Below, one piece after another: positions 1 to 12,070 of a DNA stretch of 64,000 nt. Under the pieces are notes generated by a model, which was given only the letters and a program-made list of their open reading frames with translations, had not been told where the DNA came from and made no database searches. Both the position numbers and the translations under genes were made by a program. The stretch comes from Vicugna vicugna (Eukaryota). The DNA lies in NCBI GenBank assembly GCA_013265495.1, contig MU061814.1, positions 6,079,684-6,143,683 of the forward strand, in the 5' to 3' direction. Positions within the stretch are counted from its first letter, which is position 1, and every line of letters begins with the position of its first letter.

Positions 1-2699
1 TCTCCTCGCCAGCTGAACGGTTGGGATTTGCCTTTTCTGGTCGTATATTCTGTCTCGGTTTTTTAAAAGTTTGAAAAAAACAGTAGCATAAAAGTTTTCA
101 AATGAACAGTTAAAAATTACACTCACTACCCCTTTTTAAATCTGTGTAAGTGTAAGCTTGCAAGCTGTGCCTGTGAGTGTACACGTACACACGTATGTAC
201 ATCAAGTGCCAAATGTGCACATGTCACCTTGAGCGTCTCAACGTGACTGGGCTCGGCGGCCCCACGTGGGGGGCACACGCTCGCTCTCAGGGCTACACTG
301 CCACTGTGTACACACGGCAGCAGACAAACCTGCTTGGCTACAGAGGACAGAACCCCTCAAGTTCACCTCAAAGCCGGGCTCAGTGAGATGCTGCTACCCT
401 GCCTCCAGGAGGCAGAGGCCGCACTTCCCAGCTGGGCCCTTTATCTTGAGTAAGCGGTGGGGCCCGTCCTCCAAACCCGGCTGATCCCAGAGCAGAAAGG
501 GCAAAACAGGACACAGCAGTGCTGCCCACAAAGTGGGCCCCGGCCAACGCCGCCTCCCCTTCTCCCCTCCCCGCCGAGCAGGGAAGGCCCCACCGCCCTT
601 TGGGGGTCCCGGGCGAGACTAGGCTCTCTGCGTCGCCTCCAGAGGCATCGCTCCTTCTCTCCTGATCCACCCAGACGCCCTCAAGCTCTTCCCTGGCCGT
701 AGGAGCAACGCAGGGTGTGATTGCGGCGTCCCCCCAGCTCTGCCGGTCAACCGGCCTCAGCTTCCGTCTGGACCAATGAGAGGCCTCAGTCTTCATGAAC
801 TCAAGTTTTCCAGAAAGTCCAGGGATTTCTGCTTCAGCGAAAAAGACGCTCTGCTGGCCACTCAGCAAGACCAAGGTGGCGAGGATCCTCCGTCCAGGCA
901 GCAATTCAGAAGTGTGGCCTCAAGCTGGGCCTGGGTGGTCACAGGGGCCCAGGCGAGGGTCCCAGGGCCGCCCCCCCCACCGCCCGGGATGCGCTTCTTG
1001 TCCATCAAGGAGATGGGCCTGCCCCTCCTCCCCCTCCCACCAGGACCCCACCAGTGGTCCGCTCTCTCGCTTCAGGACAAGGTCGGCCTCACCACCTCCC
1101 ATCCCTGTGAGAGTCTCCCCCACATTCCCAACCAAACTTTGGATGAAGACTACTGCTGTGGTGTCGGGGGCACCGGCCAGCCCCCCACAGATGGCAAGGT
1201 GGTCAGCCAGGATGGATTCCAGGCAATTCTGCTGGTTCCTGAAGGAAAACCATCTGGGGGGTACAGCTGAGCACCCACACTTTTCAGGAACCTGCTCTAA
1301 ACCTGAACCTGCTCTGTGGTTCCAACGCATTCTTCAAACCCCAGGACATCAGGGTCCAACCTTACCAAGATCCAGGCACAAACATTTACTTTGCAGAACC
1401 CACACGTTTTATTCTAGCTCCGGACTTTATTTCTGCAGATCCTTTAAGGAACGTGCATGGGACGTGGGGACGGGGCACCTGGGCTCTTCCTGGACCAGCC
1501 CCTGAACTGGAAGCTACAGATCCACTGCATCAAAGGCTCACAGCCGCCCCAGGGTCCAGGACGTGGGTGTGAGGCCGGAGGGACGCCGCGGGCCTGGCCT
1601 GTATCCATAACACGCCTGACATCTTAATGCTGGTTCCCACGGGCGATCATACAAACAGGCTGCAACTTGGAGGTAAATTTCAATGGGTGTTTTCTTGGAA
1701 GCTGCTGGGTTAGCCTGCACTTGGCCGTCTGCTTGGAAAAGTCAATCCAAAACCAACAGGCCCCCAGCCCCCAAGGCCGAGGTGGGAACACAGGGGGACA
1801 GGGCACGGACCCACTGCAGTGCTGGGCATCTGAGCATCTTCCCAAGCACCATGAGTGACCTGCAGGAATTGCCTGACACATTCCTTTGGAAAAGGGTCTT
1901 TTCTCTTATAAATGGGATGAGAATGAAAAAATGCTCTTCTCTAAGATGTAATAAATCTTTAACGAAAGCAAACTGACATCCATTGGGGATCACAATTTAT
2001 GCTTCCAAACCCCAGCCCAGGGCCAGAGCGGAGGAATACATGGCCACCGTGACGGGCAGAGACGTCCCACGCGAGCCCACACCTCATGTCCTTGTCTTAG
2101 CAACTCGGGGTAATCTCGCAGTTGCCTTGGTAACCCGAGGGATTTAAGACATTAGCAGAAGTACACACAGCCGAAGTCACTTGTTGGATCCTAAAAACAC
2201 CTTCTGCTCGACAACTGCATTTAAAACATCAAACCTACGGGCGGGGGAAGCCTCCGTGCTCTTCACACGTTGATGGACTCGCAAACCTAATGGCCTCCAG
2301 CACCGCGGCAGGTGCAGGTCAGGAGGGGAAGTCTCTGCGGCCCCAGAACGTTCCGTGAGTCGTCCTGGTGGACGCTGCTCTGCAAGCTTTAGACTAAGCT
2401 GGTGAAAGACCATGAACAAGGGGACAGACACAGGCGAGCACTGTGCCCACCGCTAGCAGGGAGACAGGTGGCCAAACTCCAACAGTCCTGAGGGCCGCCC
2501 GTCGGGACGTTCACCACGTCCCAGCCAGGGGCGGGCAGCTGCGCAGGGCCCAGGGCACCGCCTAGCACGCAGTGACTCCACCGAGGCATAGGCCCTGGCT
2601 AAACTCACTTGGCTCGAATCCCCGGGAGCCCGGCCCAGTGCTCGGGGCTGGAAACACACAGCAACAACGGGCGTGAGAACGAGTGAGCAAGGCCACAGG

Positions 2700-2830
2700 G
2701 TGTCTGCGGAGCTGCTGTTGAATGGATAGAGTTTCAGCTTGGGGTGACGAGACAGTTCTGGAGAGTGATTGTGGTCTCGTACTTAATGCCAGCGCACCTA
2801 AAGTCTACGATGTGTGTACTTTACCACGAC
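2700..2830 (+). mobile_element. Old L1M LINE 3' end fragment
   Basis: AATGGATAGAGTTTCAGCTTGGGGTGACGAGACAGTTCTGGAGA...GTACTTAATGCCA...TTTACCAC. Confidence 0.65.
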
Positions 2831-3958
2831 AGTAGAGCCAGTGTACCCTCCCTGGCTCAGGACCCCAGCGGCTGGCTAGCGCAGGCCACCCTGGGCCACC
2901 CGAGCACAGGCTTAGCATTTGGGACGTTTTTCAGGGCTTGTGCCCCACACTTTGCTGCCTTCTGTCCACCTCTGTCCACGCACAAGTGCCCACTGATTTC
3001 TAACCTTCTTCCTGGAGGGGGCTCCCCAGTGTGGGCACTTGTTCAACACCACTGAGCCGGACACCAACCCCTGTTCCACCATCGCCCCCCCACCCAACGC
3101 AGCCCTCTGGCCCCGTCTGCCCCTCGGACGGAAAAGCTTGGCGTGGAGGCACCAGGAAAAGCACCTGGCGTTCAGTAAACGTTCAACTTGTTTACTAGTC
3201 TGGGAGACACATGAAGCTGTCTGCGGGGGTGAGGACATGACCATCAAAGCTAAGCTTAGAGCCCTGGCACCTGACAGACTCGGGGTCCGGGAGAGGCTCC
3301 CACCACTGCAAGAAGAAAACACATCGTCTCAGCGTCACGCGTGACACTAGTCATGCAGCGAGGAAGCGCCCCCCGCTGGGAGGGGGCGCTGTGGCCACAA
3401 GCCCTCGAGCCCCTCAGGACGGGACGGATCACGGGCACAATGAGGCCCGAAGGACACGCCGCGGCGCCAGCCCAGGACTGGGCCACACGGCCGCCGTCCT
3501 GCCCTTCACCCAGAGCCCGACACCTGATGCTCGCTCCTCTTTTTCACATGTTAACGTTTCAGTCTTTAAAAAGTAAGTTACCCAACTAGCGCTCCCGGGA
3601 GACCCCTGCACGGCGGAAAGCAGACCCCACACCCGCTGGGCTCCTTCCAGGCATCACCCCACTTGTCTGGCTGCAGACCCCACGGCCTCAGAAAAGCCCC
3701 ACCCAGGCGGCCTCTGTGTGCTGGTGGCACTGTCACTGCACGGACAGGGACACCAGGGAGTCACCGCAGCTGCTGGGACACAGTGGCCGCATTCCCTGCT
3801 CTCACACCAATTTACTACAAGAGGAGGTGAGCCCCCGGAAGCCCCCAGTGTGAGCCCGGAAAGGGGCCACTTTATGTATGGAGCGAGAGGCCACGGGGCC
3901 ACCGACAAACAGTGCCCTTCGGCGCCCCAGCCCCGCCAGGGACAAACAAAGGGCTTAC

Positions 3959-4895
3959 TTGAGTCGCGGCTGCTGAACGGCCACCCGGATGTCGGGAGGA
4001 AAGACGGCACTGGGGAGCCGGCCCGGCTGTCGGCCTCCACCTGCTGCGTGATGTGGCGAACTGTCTCTTTGTTTTTCCGATTCTTTCTTCGGCCTGTGGG
4101 CTGCCAGCCATCCGCCCCGACCTGCTCTGAGAACGAGTTCTGGACGGCAGTGTCCCTGGAGGAGGGCAGCTCGCCACCCCCATAGTGAGATGGTGAGACC
4201 TGCTCCTCCTTGATCCGCAGAGGCCCGTAGCCCACATCGCCAGGCCACAGCGGCTGCAAGGACAGGTCGTCGGGGCCATCGGCCTTGGGCTCCTGGTCCT
4301 CCTTCCCATAGCTGCTTCCGCCTTCATGGCAGCTGGCGATGGCCGAGTCTCCAGAAGAATTGGCGGGGCTCGTGCGCCGAGCCAGCCACGGGGAAATGCT
4401 CCTCCCGGCCATCACGGCTGAGATCAGTGCGTCCGCGCTGCTGCCAGACGGGGCGCCGATCTCGAGCTCCGAGAGCTCGTCTGAGGCGTCCGGCTTGATG
4501 CTGATGTCCAGCGCGGCCTTGATGAAGTCGTGGCACGCCTGCACGATGTCCGTCATCTGCAGGAAGCTGGCGGCGGACATCACCTCGATGACGTTGCGGC
4601 TGGTGAGGGCCAGGTGGGCGGAGTACATGAAGTCGATGATGGCCTTGAAGCCCTGGGCTGTGACGATGTCCAGGTGCGTGACGGTGGCCTGCTCGGACGT
4701 CTTCTGCACCTGGCAGTACAGCGTCTTGAAGTAGCGGCTGCTGCCCAGCAGGACGTTCTTGTGGGCCTTGAAGACCTTGCCCTNNNNNNNNNNNNNNNNN
4801 NNNNNNNNNNNNNNNNNNNNNNNNNNNNNNNNNNNNNNNNNNNNNNNNNNNNNNNNNNNNNNNNNNNNNNNNNNNNNNNNNNNNNNNNNNNNNNN
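3959..4895 (-). CDS. ZBTB46: ZBTB46 first coding exon (exon 2; full exon 3959-4928), BTB/POZ domain and linker; partial gene, zinc-finger exons lie left of the window
   Basis: Minus-strand translation GKVFKAHKNVLLGSSRYFKTLYCQVQKTSEQATVTHLDIVTAQGFKAIIDFMYSAHLALTSRNVIEVMSAASFLQMTDIVQACHDFIKAALDIS...GWPFSSRDS matches ZBTB46 as recalled. Acceptor ccccgcag|AGTCCG at 4928 and donor TCAA|gtaagc at 3959/3958. The ATG lies in the N gap; position 4895 is inferred by counting 62 codons back from Val63 at 4709. Confidence 0.96.
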
Positions 4896-4915
4896 NNNNN
4901 NNNNNNNNNNNNNNN
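4784..4915. other. N gap, 132 nt, hides the ZBTB46 start codon
   Basis: Run of N. Confidence 1.
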
Positions 4916-5279
4916 TCCTCTACGGACTCTGCGGGGGCGAGAACAAAAGAGTTACCCACGCTGTCGACACCCGAGCCAGGCAGAGTTGGGCCACATTTGC
5001 GGGGACGGAGGGTGACGGCGGCAGAGTGCCTGGCAGGGCGGGGCAGCCAGCGAGCCGATCGAGGCTCACCCCCGTCATAATGGACACAGGGCCCTGAGCA
5101 GAGTCCTGCACACTGCAGCTGACCCTCAGAGCAATAAGCAAATACTCAGAAAGACGGGAAACGCCAACACTTCAAGCACTTGAAGCGAGTTTCTTACCCA
5201 AACAGAAAATCTAGGTTAAGTAATCCAAGTGCGCCTTCATCCCTCACCCGTGGAGAAGTGTCCTTTCAAAGTGCAGGCA

Positions 5280-5400
5280 GGGGAGAGTACAGTTCAGTGG
5301 TGGAGGGCGTGCTTAGCGTGCACGAGGTCCTGGGTTCAATCCCAGCGGCTCCACTAAGCACATACATAAATACACTTAATTATCCCCCCCCTAAAAAAGA
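5280..5400 (+). mobile_element. tRNA-Ala-derived SINE (camelid Vic-1-like)
   Basis: GGGGAGAGTACAGTTCAGTGGTGGAG...GAGGTCCTGGGTTCAATCCC with A and B boxes, then an AT-rich segment, TAATTATCCCCCC and an A tail. Confidence 0.88.
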
Positions 5401-5739
5401 CCAACAAAAAGAAAACAAAACAAAAATGCAACAACAAAAAACACAGCGACAACTTCCTACACAAACAAAATCCGCAGAACAGAGCAGTAAAGGCCGAAAG
5501 CAGACGTTCACAGCCTCAGCCCCGCAAACTTCCAAACCCAACCAGCCCCAGAGGCAGGAGGCCGGCTCCCCTGCTGACCTGGCCCCTGCGGAGAGGGGGC
5601 CCACAACCAGCTCAGCCCCCAGGAGGGCTTCGGGTGTGGGGAAGGTGCCCCAGGAGACCGGAAGCGCCCCAGTCATTTCTGGAGCTGGGGCTCCCCCTGC
5701 AGTGCTCTCCCTGCCCCGCTCCTCACGTCTCCCTCGTTC

Positions 5740-6123
5740 CCCAGGGTCTCCTGGGGCTGCTGAACACAGGGCCACAGTCTGGGGGCTGAAGAGCAGGGCA
5801 TTTCTACCACCCCGTCTGGGGGCCGGGGCAGGGTGTCAGTGGGGTTCTCTGAAGGCTCCTGGGAGGATGTGTCCTGGGCCCGGATCAGCTTCGGCCAGTG
5901 GCCAGCAATCCTCGGTGTCCTTGGTGTGTAGAGCCGTCACCCCATCTCTGCCTCGGCTGTCACACAGCCACCACCATCTCCTCCTACTAGGACACCAGTG
6001 GTCAGGTTGGACAAGGTCCACCCTATTCTAGTGTAACCTTATCTTAACTAATTACATCAAACTTGGTCACATTCTGAGGCACTGGGGGTTAGGGCTTCAA
6101 TATACAAATTCTGGGGGAGACAC
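5740..6123 (-). mobile_element. ERVL-MaLR (MLT1-type) solo LTR relic
   Basis: Reverse-orientation MLT1 hallmarks such as CTGAAGGCTC and GGTCACATTCTGAGGCACTGGGGGTTAGGGCTTCAATATAC. Confidence 0.75.
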
Positions 6124-6321
6124 TCACCTGAGAAAGACAGTTGTTAGTCTGACTGTCCTGTTAAACAGACCATCTTCCAGTTGATCTGTCAGCGTTCACC
6201 CCAGACGCCAAAATGCATTCAATTCTGAGAAAACTAACCTGGTCCAGGGTGGGGTGTCCATCTGTCTTTCCCTCTGCGGGTGGGGTTGGGGGGGCCTCTT
6301 CACTTGTGCAACACCTTCCCT

Positions 6322-6447
6322 GATTTTATTTATTTATTTATTTATTTATGGGCTGGGGGGATTGGGTTTGTTTGTTTATGTTTTAAGTGGCAGTGCTGGC
6401 GACCTCACGCACACCACGCGCACTCCAGCACTGAACTATAACCCCCT
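6322..6447 (-). mobile_element. Diverged tRNA-derived SINE
   Basis: Reverse complement GGGGGTTATAGTTCAGTGCTGGAGTGCG...GAGGTC followed by (TAAA)n-like tail. Confidence 0.7.
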
Positions 6448-7342
6448 TCTGCAACACCCTCCTTTAGACTTTACAACACAGGTTCTCAAACGTCACCTGA
6501 GATCACCTGAAAACGCCCAGCGACAGAAGCACTTACTCTGTCCACACTCCACGGGCTGGGAAAAAGAGGCAGGAGAGGGTGGAAGCCTCTCGTCCCCTCG
6601 TCTCCCCTGACGGCCCACCCGGCACCGTCCCTGCCATCCCCCCAGTCACCCCCCTTCCTGCGGCCACGGCCGAGAACAGAGACCCTGGCCCCAAGCAGCC
6701 ACCAGACTCGAAACCCAAAGTAAACACGCTGCTTAGCTCGTGGGTCAGCCTTTCGGTCCCAGCAGTGCGTCCTGACCCCAAGGACGGCCCCTGAGGAGGA
6801 CAAATATGAAGAACGTTAAGAACTGCGGCTGCAGGGCTTGGGGGCTGGAGGCTCGCACACACCCAGGGTCTGACTGTGGGTGCCTCCGGGCTCTGCCCCT
6901 CCCCCCCGGGCGTGGGAGGCGGGCAGGAGGACAGAAGCCCGTCCGGTGCAGTGTCACACCTCACGCCTGGCGTTGCAGACTCAGGTTCACTAGACACTAC
7001 GGGAGGCACCAAAACAAGTGCCAAATTGCGGAAACCAACCATTTAAACTCAAGGCGTCTGTTTAATGCCCAGCATCCACAAGAAGCTCTCGGTCGTGTGT
7101 GTGCAGCCAAGTGTCAGAAGCCTCAGGCAGCCTGTATTCAAACTAGAAGACACATGCTTCACTATCTGACTTCCTATATGAGTAATAAGTGTCCTTACTC
7201 ACCAGTGAAACAGACCCGCTAAGAGTTCGGAAGAATACCGAAAAGGGGAAAACGCAAGCTCCGTTTTGGAGAAGCAAGAACTGCCTCCCAAGGCTTGCAT
7301 TTCTCAGATAATCTCCACCTGTATGGAAAGTTCTAAAACGGT

Positions 7343-7470
7343 GGGGGGAGGGCACAGACGCAGTTCAGTGGCGGCACGTGCGCTTATCTTGGCCGCAGCC
7401 CTGTTTCAGTTCCCCGCACCGCCATTAAATATAAATAAATAAGCACAATCACCTCCCTCTCCCCCCAAAA
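7343..7470 (+). mobile_element. Diverged tRNA-derived SINE
   Basis: GGGGGGAGGGCACAG...AGTTCAGTGGCGG head, TAAATAAATAA and CACCTCCC...CCCCCCAAAA tail. Confidence 0.65.
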
Positions 7471-8791
7471 ATGAACCAATGATAATCCAAGATTAGTGGA
7501 AATGTTAAAGATACACATAATTCATCCAAGCCCAGGGAAGCCCTAGGAGAATAACAGTCCACAATCTCCCTGCATCAGTAAGAGGGTGAGAGGGTCGCGG
7601 GGTCCTGCCCGTCTGACCAGCGGGAGAGCGGCAGGCTGCCCAGTGCTTTTCGGCAGCTGAGCCTTTCGCATCTTAATGGCCTGACAAGGAAGACTAAAGC
7701 ACGTGCACCACGGTTCTTCTTTGAGAAGGTGGCAGAGCATCTGCCCTGCCCTGGTGGAGGTGCCGCCTGACGGAGACGCACCTGGCTGGGGGACCCACGC
7801 CTGGGCACCGTCATCTCTGAGCTGCCTGCACTGCCGTGCAGATCACAGGGCACCTTCATGCACTCACAAGTCCCGTGGACACCCCGTGGGTAAGGGACCC
7901 TCAGGGAGCAGCCTGCGATCCTGAAGAGACTCAGGTGCCACGTCGCCGTAAGGCGAGGAGCTGAGGCCGGGCCCCCGCAACCCTGGGGCACAAGGCGCAC
8001 AGTTCTGCAGGGTCACCCGGGGGGAGGGCGGGCTCTGCTGTCCCCCTAAAGAAGCCACACTTAGAGCACGGAACTGCTTGGCAAACCTCCTCTCTGCGGG
8101 GTGGCGTGCCCCGAGGACCCCCCTCGTCCACCACCTCCCAGCTGGATGGCAGACACTGAGCAGGCGGCCTGGCTGTGTCCTCAAAAGTTGAACAAACCCA
8201 CATGACCCAACCATTCCAACGTGCCCTGCCTGGGAGGTGAAAACACGGGTCCACCTGAGGACTCACACGGTCACAGCAGCTTCAGTCACCACAGTCAAAA
8301 TTTGGAAACGACCAAATGTGCGTCAGCAGGTGAGCAGACAAACAAAGGAGAATCATCCCAAAGGTGGGTCGGGCTTGTGGGGACCTGGTGCCTCCTCGCC
8401 CCCCTGCGCCGCGCTCTGCGGGCCTAAACATCCTTACCACGCAGACACGCAGACACGGGTGAGTCCCAAAATAACCCCTCGGCGGGAACGCAGAGACAAA
8501 GGGACAGGGTATGAGTCCCTCCTTATGAAACATTAGAAAATGCCAAGTGCTCAACGGGGACGGGGCAGAGGCAGGCCAGTGGGCGGCCTGGGGACAGCGA
8601 GGGGTGGGTCCCCAGGGCTCAGGGAGTCCCCGGGCAGGGACACGTTTCACAGGTGTGTGCAAACCCGTCGAATTACACCCTCCCAATGGGGGCGGCTGTT
8701 GTGGGTAAATCACATCCAATGACGCGGGTCAGAACTTGAATTTGCAGGAATATTCTTGTTGACCATAGACCTGTGTGCGCTTGCTGCCATT

Positions 8792-9175
8792 TGCTGTGGA
8801 TTGAACCTTGTCCCCAAAACTCACTTGCTGGAGTCAGTCCCCAGGACTTCAGCATGTAACGTTATGTGGAAACCAGGTCCATACAGACGTCATTAGCTAA
8901 GATGAGGTCACTAGGGTGGGCCCTAATCCAAAGTGACTGGTGTCCTTCTACGAAGGGGATACTGGGACACAAACACTTCGCAGGGGGGCGGCCGTGTGAA
9001 GACGGAGTGATGCAGCCACAGCCAAGCAAGCAGCAGCGCTGCAGAGGCGTCTGGGACAGACCCTTCCTGCCAAGGGGCCCTCCATCTCGGACTCCTGGCC
9101 CCCAGGGCTGGGGGGCGTCTCTGCTGTTTAAGACGTCAGCCCAGGGTTCTGTCAGGCAGCCCAGGGCGTCCACAA
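8792..9175 (+). mobile_element. MLT1-type solo LTR relic
   Basis: TGCTGTGGATTGAA start; CATTAGCTAAGATGAGGTCACTAGGGTGGGCCCTAATCCAAAGTGACTGGTGTCCTT; GCAGCCC end. Confidence 0.8.
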
Positions 9176-11753
9176 CATTCTGCTCCACCGCGGAAAGCCC
9201 CGAGCCAGCGGGGTAGTTCACAGAACTCCCTCCTCTGCTGACCCCCTGTGTCCCACAGGCAGAGCCCAGGCAGCCCTGAGGCCCTCACCGCGGGGACACT
9301 GGTTCGCTCCAAGGTTTACTATCTTCTGAGAAAACGAAGGTTACGACGCCAATTATGCAAGATCATGACATAAACCACCCTTCATAGTCGTTACTTTATC
9401 ACTGTTCATGGTTGCATTTTAAGATTTAAAGACGAGCCCCTGACTGGAAGGAAACACTCCGCACTTGTTAACAGAAGGCATCCTCAGGTGCCAGACAGAA
9501 TGGAGCGGGCACTGCCCGAGGTTTCTGGCTGACCACAACTGACGCCTCGGATGCCGGAGACCAGCCCGACCTCTGAATGCAAACCTGGGGCGCCACAGCT
9601 CTCCTCGGGCCACCTGCTGCCCCCCTCCACAGCCCCCTCCCTGACGCCCCACCACAGCTCCCTCCTCCACCCCTCCCCGGGCCCCTCCCTACCCCCACCC
9701 CCGTGACCCTCCCTCTTCCCTGCTGCTGCTTCTTTCAGTTCCTTCACCTCCATTGGGCCTGGAGCACCCCCACCTCCTACCCCAGCCTTTCCTACCTGTG
9801 TAAATGTCACTTCCTCTCTTGGGCACACCCCCCTGACCACATAGAGCCAGACATATGCTGTGACCTCAGGGCCCCCCTTCCAAGACGGTCAGGGCGCTGT
9901 CCCCTCCCTGCCAGCCTGCCTCACGTCCCTTGGCTCTCACAGCAGAATTCCAAGCCTTAACCCTTACCCGTTAGCCCCAGTCAGTTCACCTATGGCCCCG
10001 ATGTGTGAGCAGGAGCCTAGAACTGTGCTGCGCACTAGGCCCAGGTCAAAGGGCCCCATTCCATCGCCAGACAGGGCTCCCAGGAGGCCAGAGCCAGAGC
10101 CCCACAGGGTGCGCTGAGGGCCTCAGAGAGGGGCTGGGGTGGGGGCACCTTCCCAGAGCAGGGGACGAGCCAGTCAGGCCAAGCAAATGGGGGCTTGAGG
10201 GCCAGGAGAGGGCCCTAGGAGGGAGCAGCACGCATTCAGAAGGCGGCACTGGCTTCCAAACAAGGCCTCCTGGAGCCACCATCTCCGGGTTCAGGGCCCT
10301 GGGTAGCCCCCTCCCAAGCTGACCCTGGCCTGGGGTGGAGCAAGTCCTAGCCTGAGTGTCAAGGGGGCTGGAGAGAGTTCACCCCTGCACTCCAGGTTTG
10401 TGCTGGTGCAGACACAGCACAGCCACCCCAGTGAGCCAACTGAGCCTGGACCCCTCAGGGTGCCAGCCACTGGGCCGCCTGCCCTGGCTGGCCCTTCCTG
10501 ACATCACACAGACAGAGGAACCACGAGCACCTCAGCCACAGCATCTCGGGGGGTGAGGAACCCCTGTGTTTCAGGATGGTTCAATGCGAAGCAATGGCCA
10601 CAACGCAGACCAGAGATGGCATAGCACCTTGGGGGTCTGGTGGGAGAGAGAATGGAACAAGGAGATGGGGCCAGGCCAGCCAGAGACCCCCAGCCAGCCA
10701 AGGGCAGGGCCAGTCCAGGCCTCAGGGCCAAGATGGGGAACCCAGAGGCCAGCACTTCGAAGGGAGATGCAGACTCTCAGGGGACAGCAGCCCCCCAGCA
10801 GGGGTCCCAAGCACCCTGATTCAGGTCTGGCACAGGGAGAGTGACTGGGGCCCTGGGGACAAGTGTGGGGACAGGGAGGGAACAGAAGAGGAACAAGCAG
10901 GGTCAGGAAGGCCTCCGATGAAGACTAAGTCAGAGCCAGCCAGGGGGGCCAGGTACGTCCCTCTGCCGGTTGGAAGCTGGTCTGGGGAACTTGCATTTTG
11001 GGGTTGGGGCGAGAAAGGGGAAGAGGTCCCCTCTTTACGCCTGTGCTCCCAGGCACCTCCCACTAGACTCCAGTCTCATTCTGGACCTTTCTTCCCTAAA
11101 CCACACTTGATCGTAATGAGCAGCTAAACTCCTCTCAGCTCACTCAGGCTGTGTGCCGGGCCCCCGGCCATACAAATCCGCTTGTTTTAACAGGTGGATC
11201 TACAAAGGCAAATCCTGCCGTGACACAGAGGGATGCAACCCCACCACCACCACCGCAACTTAGCTACTGACACTTCCTCCTCCTTCAGGAAGCCTCCAAG
11301 GGCTCCTCCCCTGACGGCACACACGGGGCCTCTGTCACCTGATGCTGCCACACTGTCCCTCCAAGTCCGGGAGCCTCTCAGCAGAAGGCCCACATCCCAG
11401 CGCTGATCAAGCTCAGTGCACACCCTTGGGGTCAACAAAGCCACAGGACCTTTTTACATGGAAACTGGGATTTTGAAATCTTACATTTTAAAATAAATAT
11501 GGCTTAAATGTCCCATCTTAACCGTTGGTAGAAGTGGAGCGAGATGGCAACTTCCTGGTCCTGGCTGGGGCTGAAGGTGGGCAGTGAGGCTGTGCCATTG
11601 ACCAGCCACACACCCCATGACAGCCCAGTGCCACGTGCTCTGGGTCTCATAGTTCAGAGCGGACGCCACACGTGTGGCTGACGTGTGGGCTCTGAAGCTC
11701 TGGGTCAGTCACAGCTCACAGCAAGGTTGGGGGATGGGCACTGGGTTACCAGC

Positions 11754-12070
11754 TGTTGTGGGGTGAACCGTGTCCCCAGAAGACAGTGCCTGTGAATGTC
11801 AACTTGTTTGGAAATAGGGTCTTTGCAGATTTTACCAAGTTCAGATGTGGCCATAACGCAGTGGGACTGGGGATGTGGCCACCAGCCCAGGGACGCCCTC
11901 AGCCACAGAGCTGAAGAGGCAGGAAGGACCCTCCCCTGGAGCCCGAGGAGGGAGCTCGGCCCTGCGACACCGCGACTGTATGTCTGGCCTCTGAACTGAA
12001 AAGGAACACGTCTCTGTTGTGTTAGCTACCAGTTTGTGGCACTTTGTGACAAAAGCCCGAGAAAAAGCCA
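11754..12070 (+). mobile_element. MLT1-type solo LTR relic
   Basis: TGTTGTGGGGTGAACCGTGTCCCC; TTTGGAAATAGGGTCTTTGCAGAT; GGCAGGAAGGACCCTCCCCTGGAGCC; AGTTTGTGGCACTTTGTGACA. Confidence 0.82.

Noticed and set aside
3365-3390. CTCF-like motif within a short inverted repeat (AGCGCCCCC / GGGGGCGCT)
   Set aside because: One core mismatch in very GC-rich DNA; cannot be separated from background without a PWM or ChIP data.
1-3958. Further ZBTB46 coding exons
   Set aside because: No translation resembling exon 3 or C2H2 fingers; this is intron 2.
4324-5015. Alternative-frame and plus-strand ORFs over ZBTB46 exon 2
   Set aside because: Shadows of the real coding exon.
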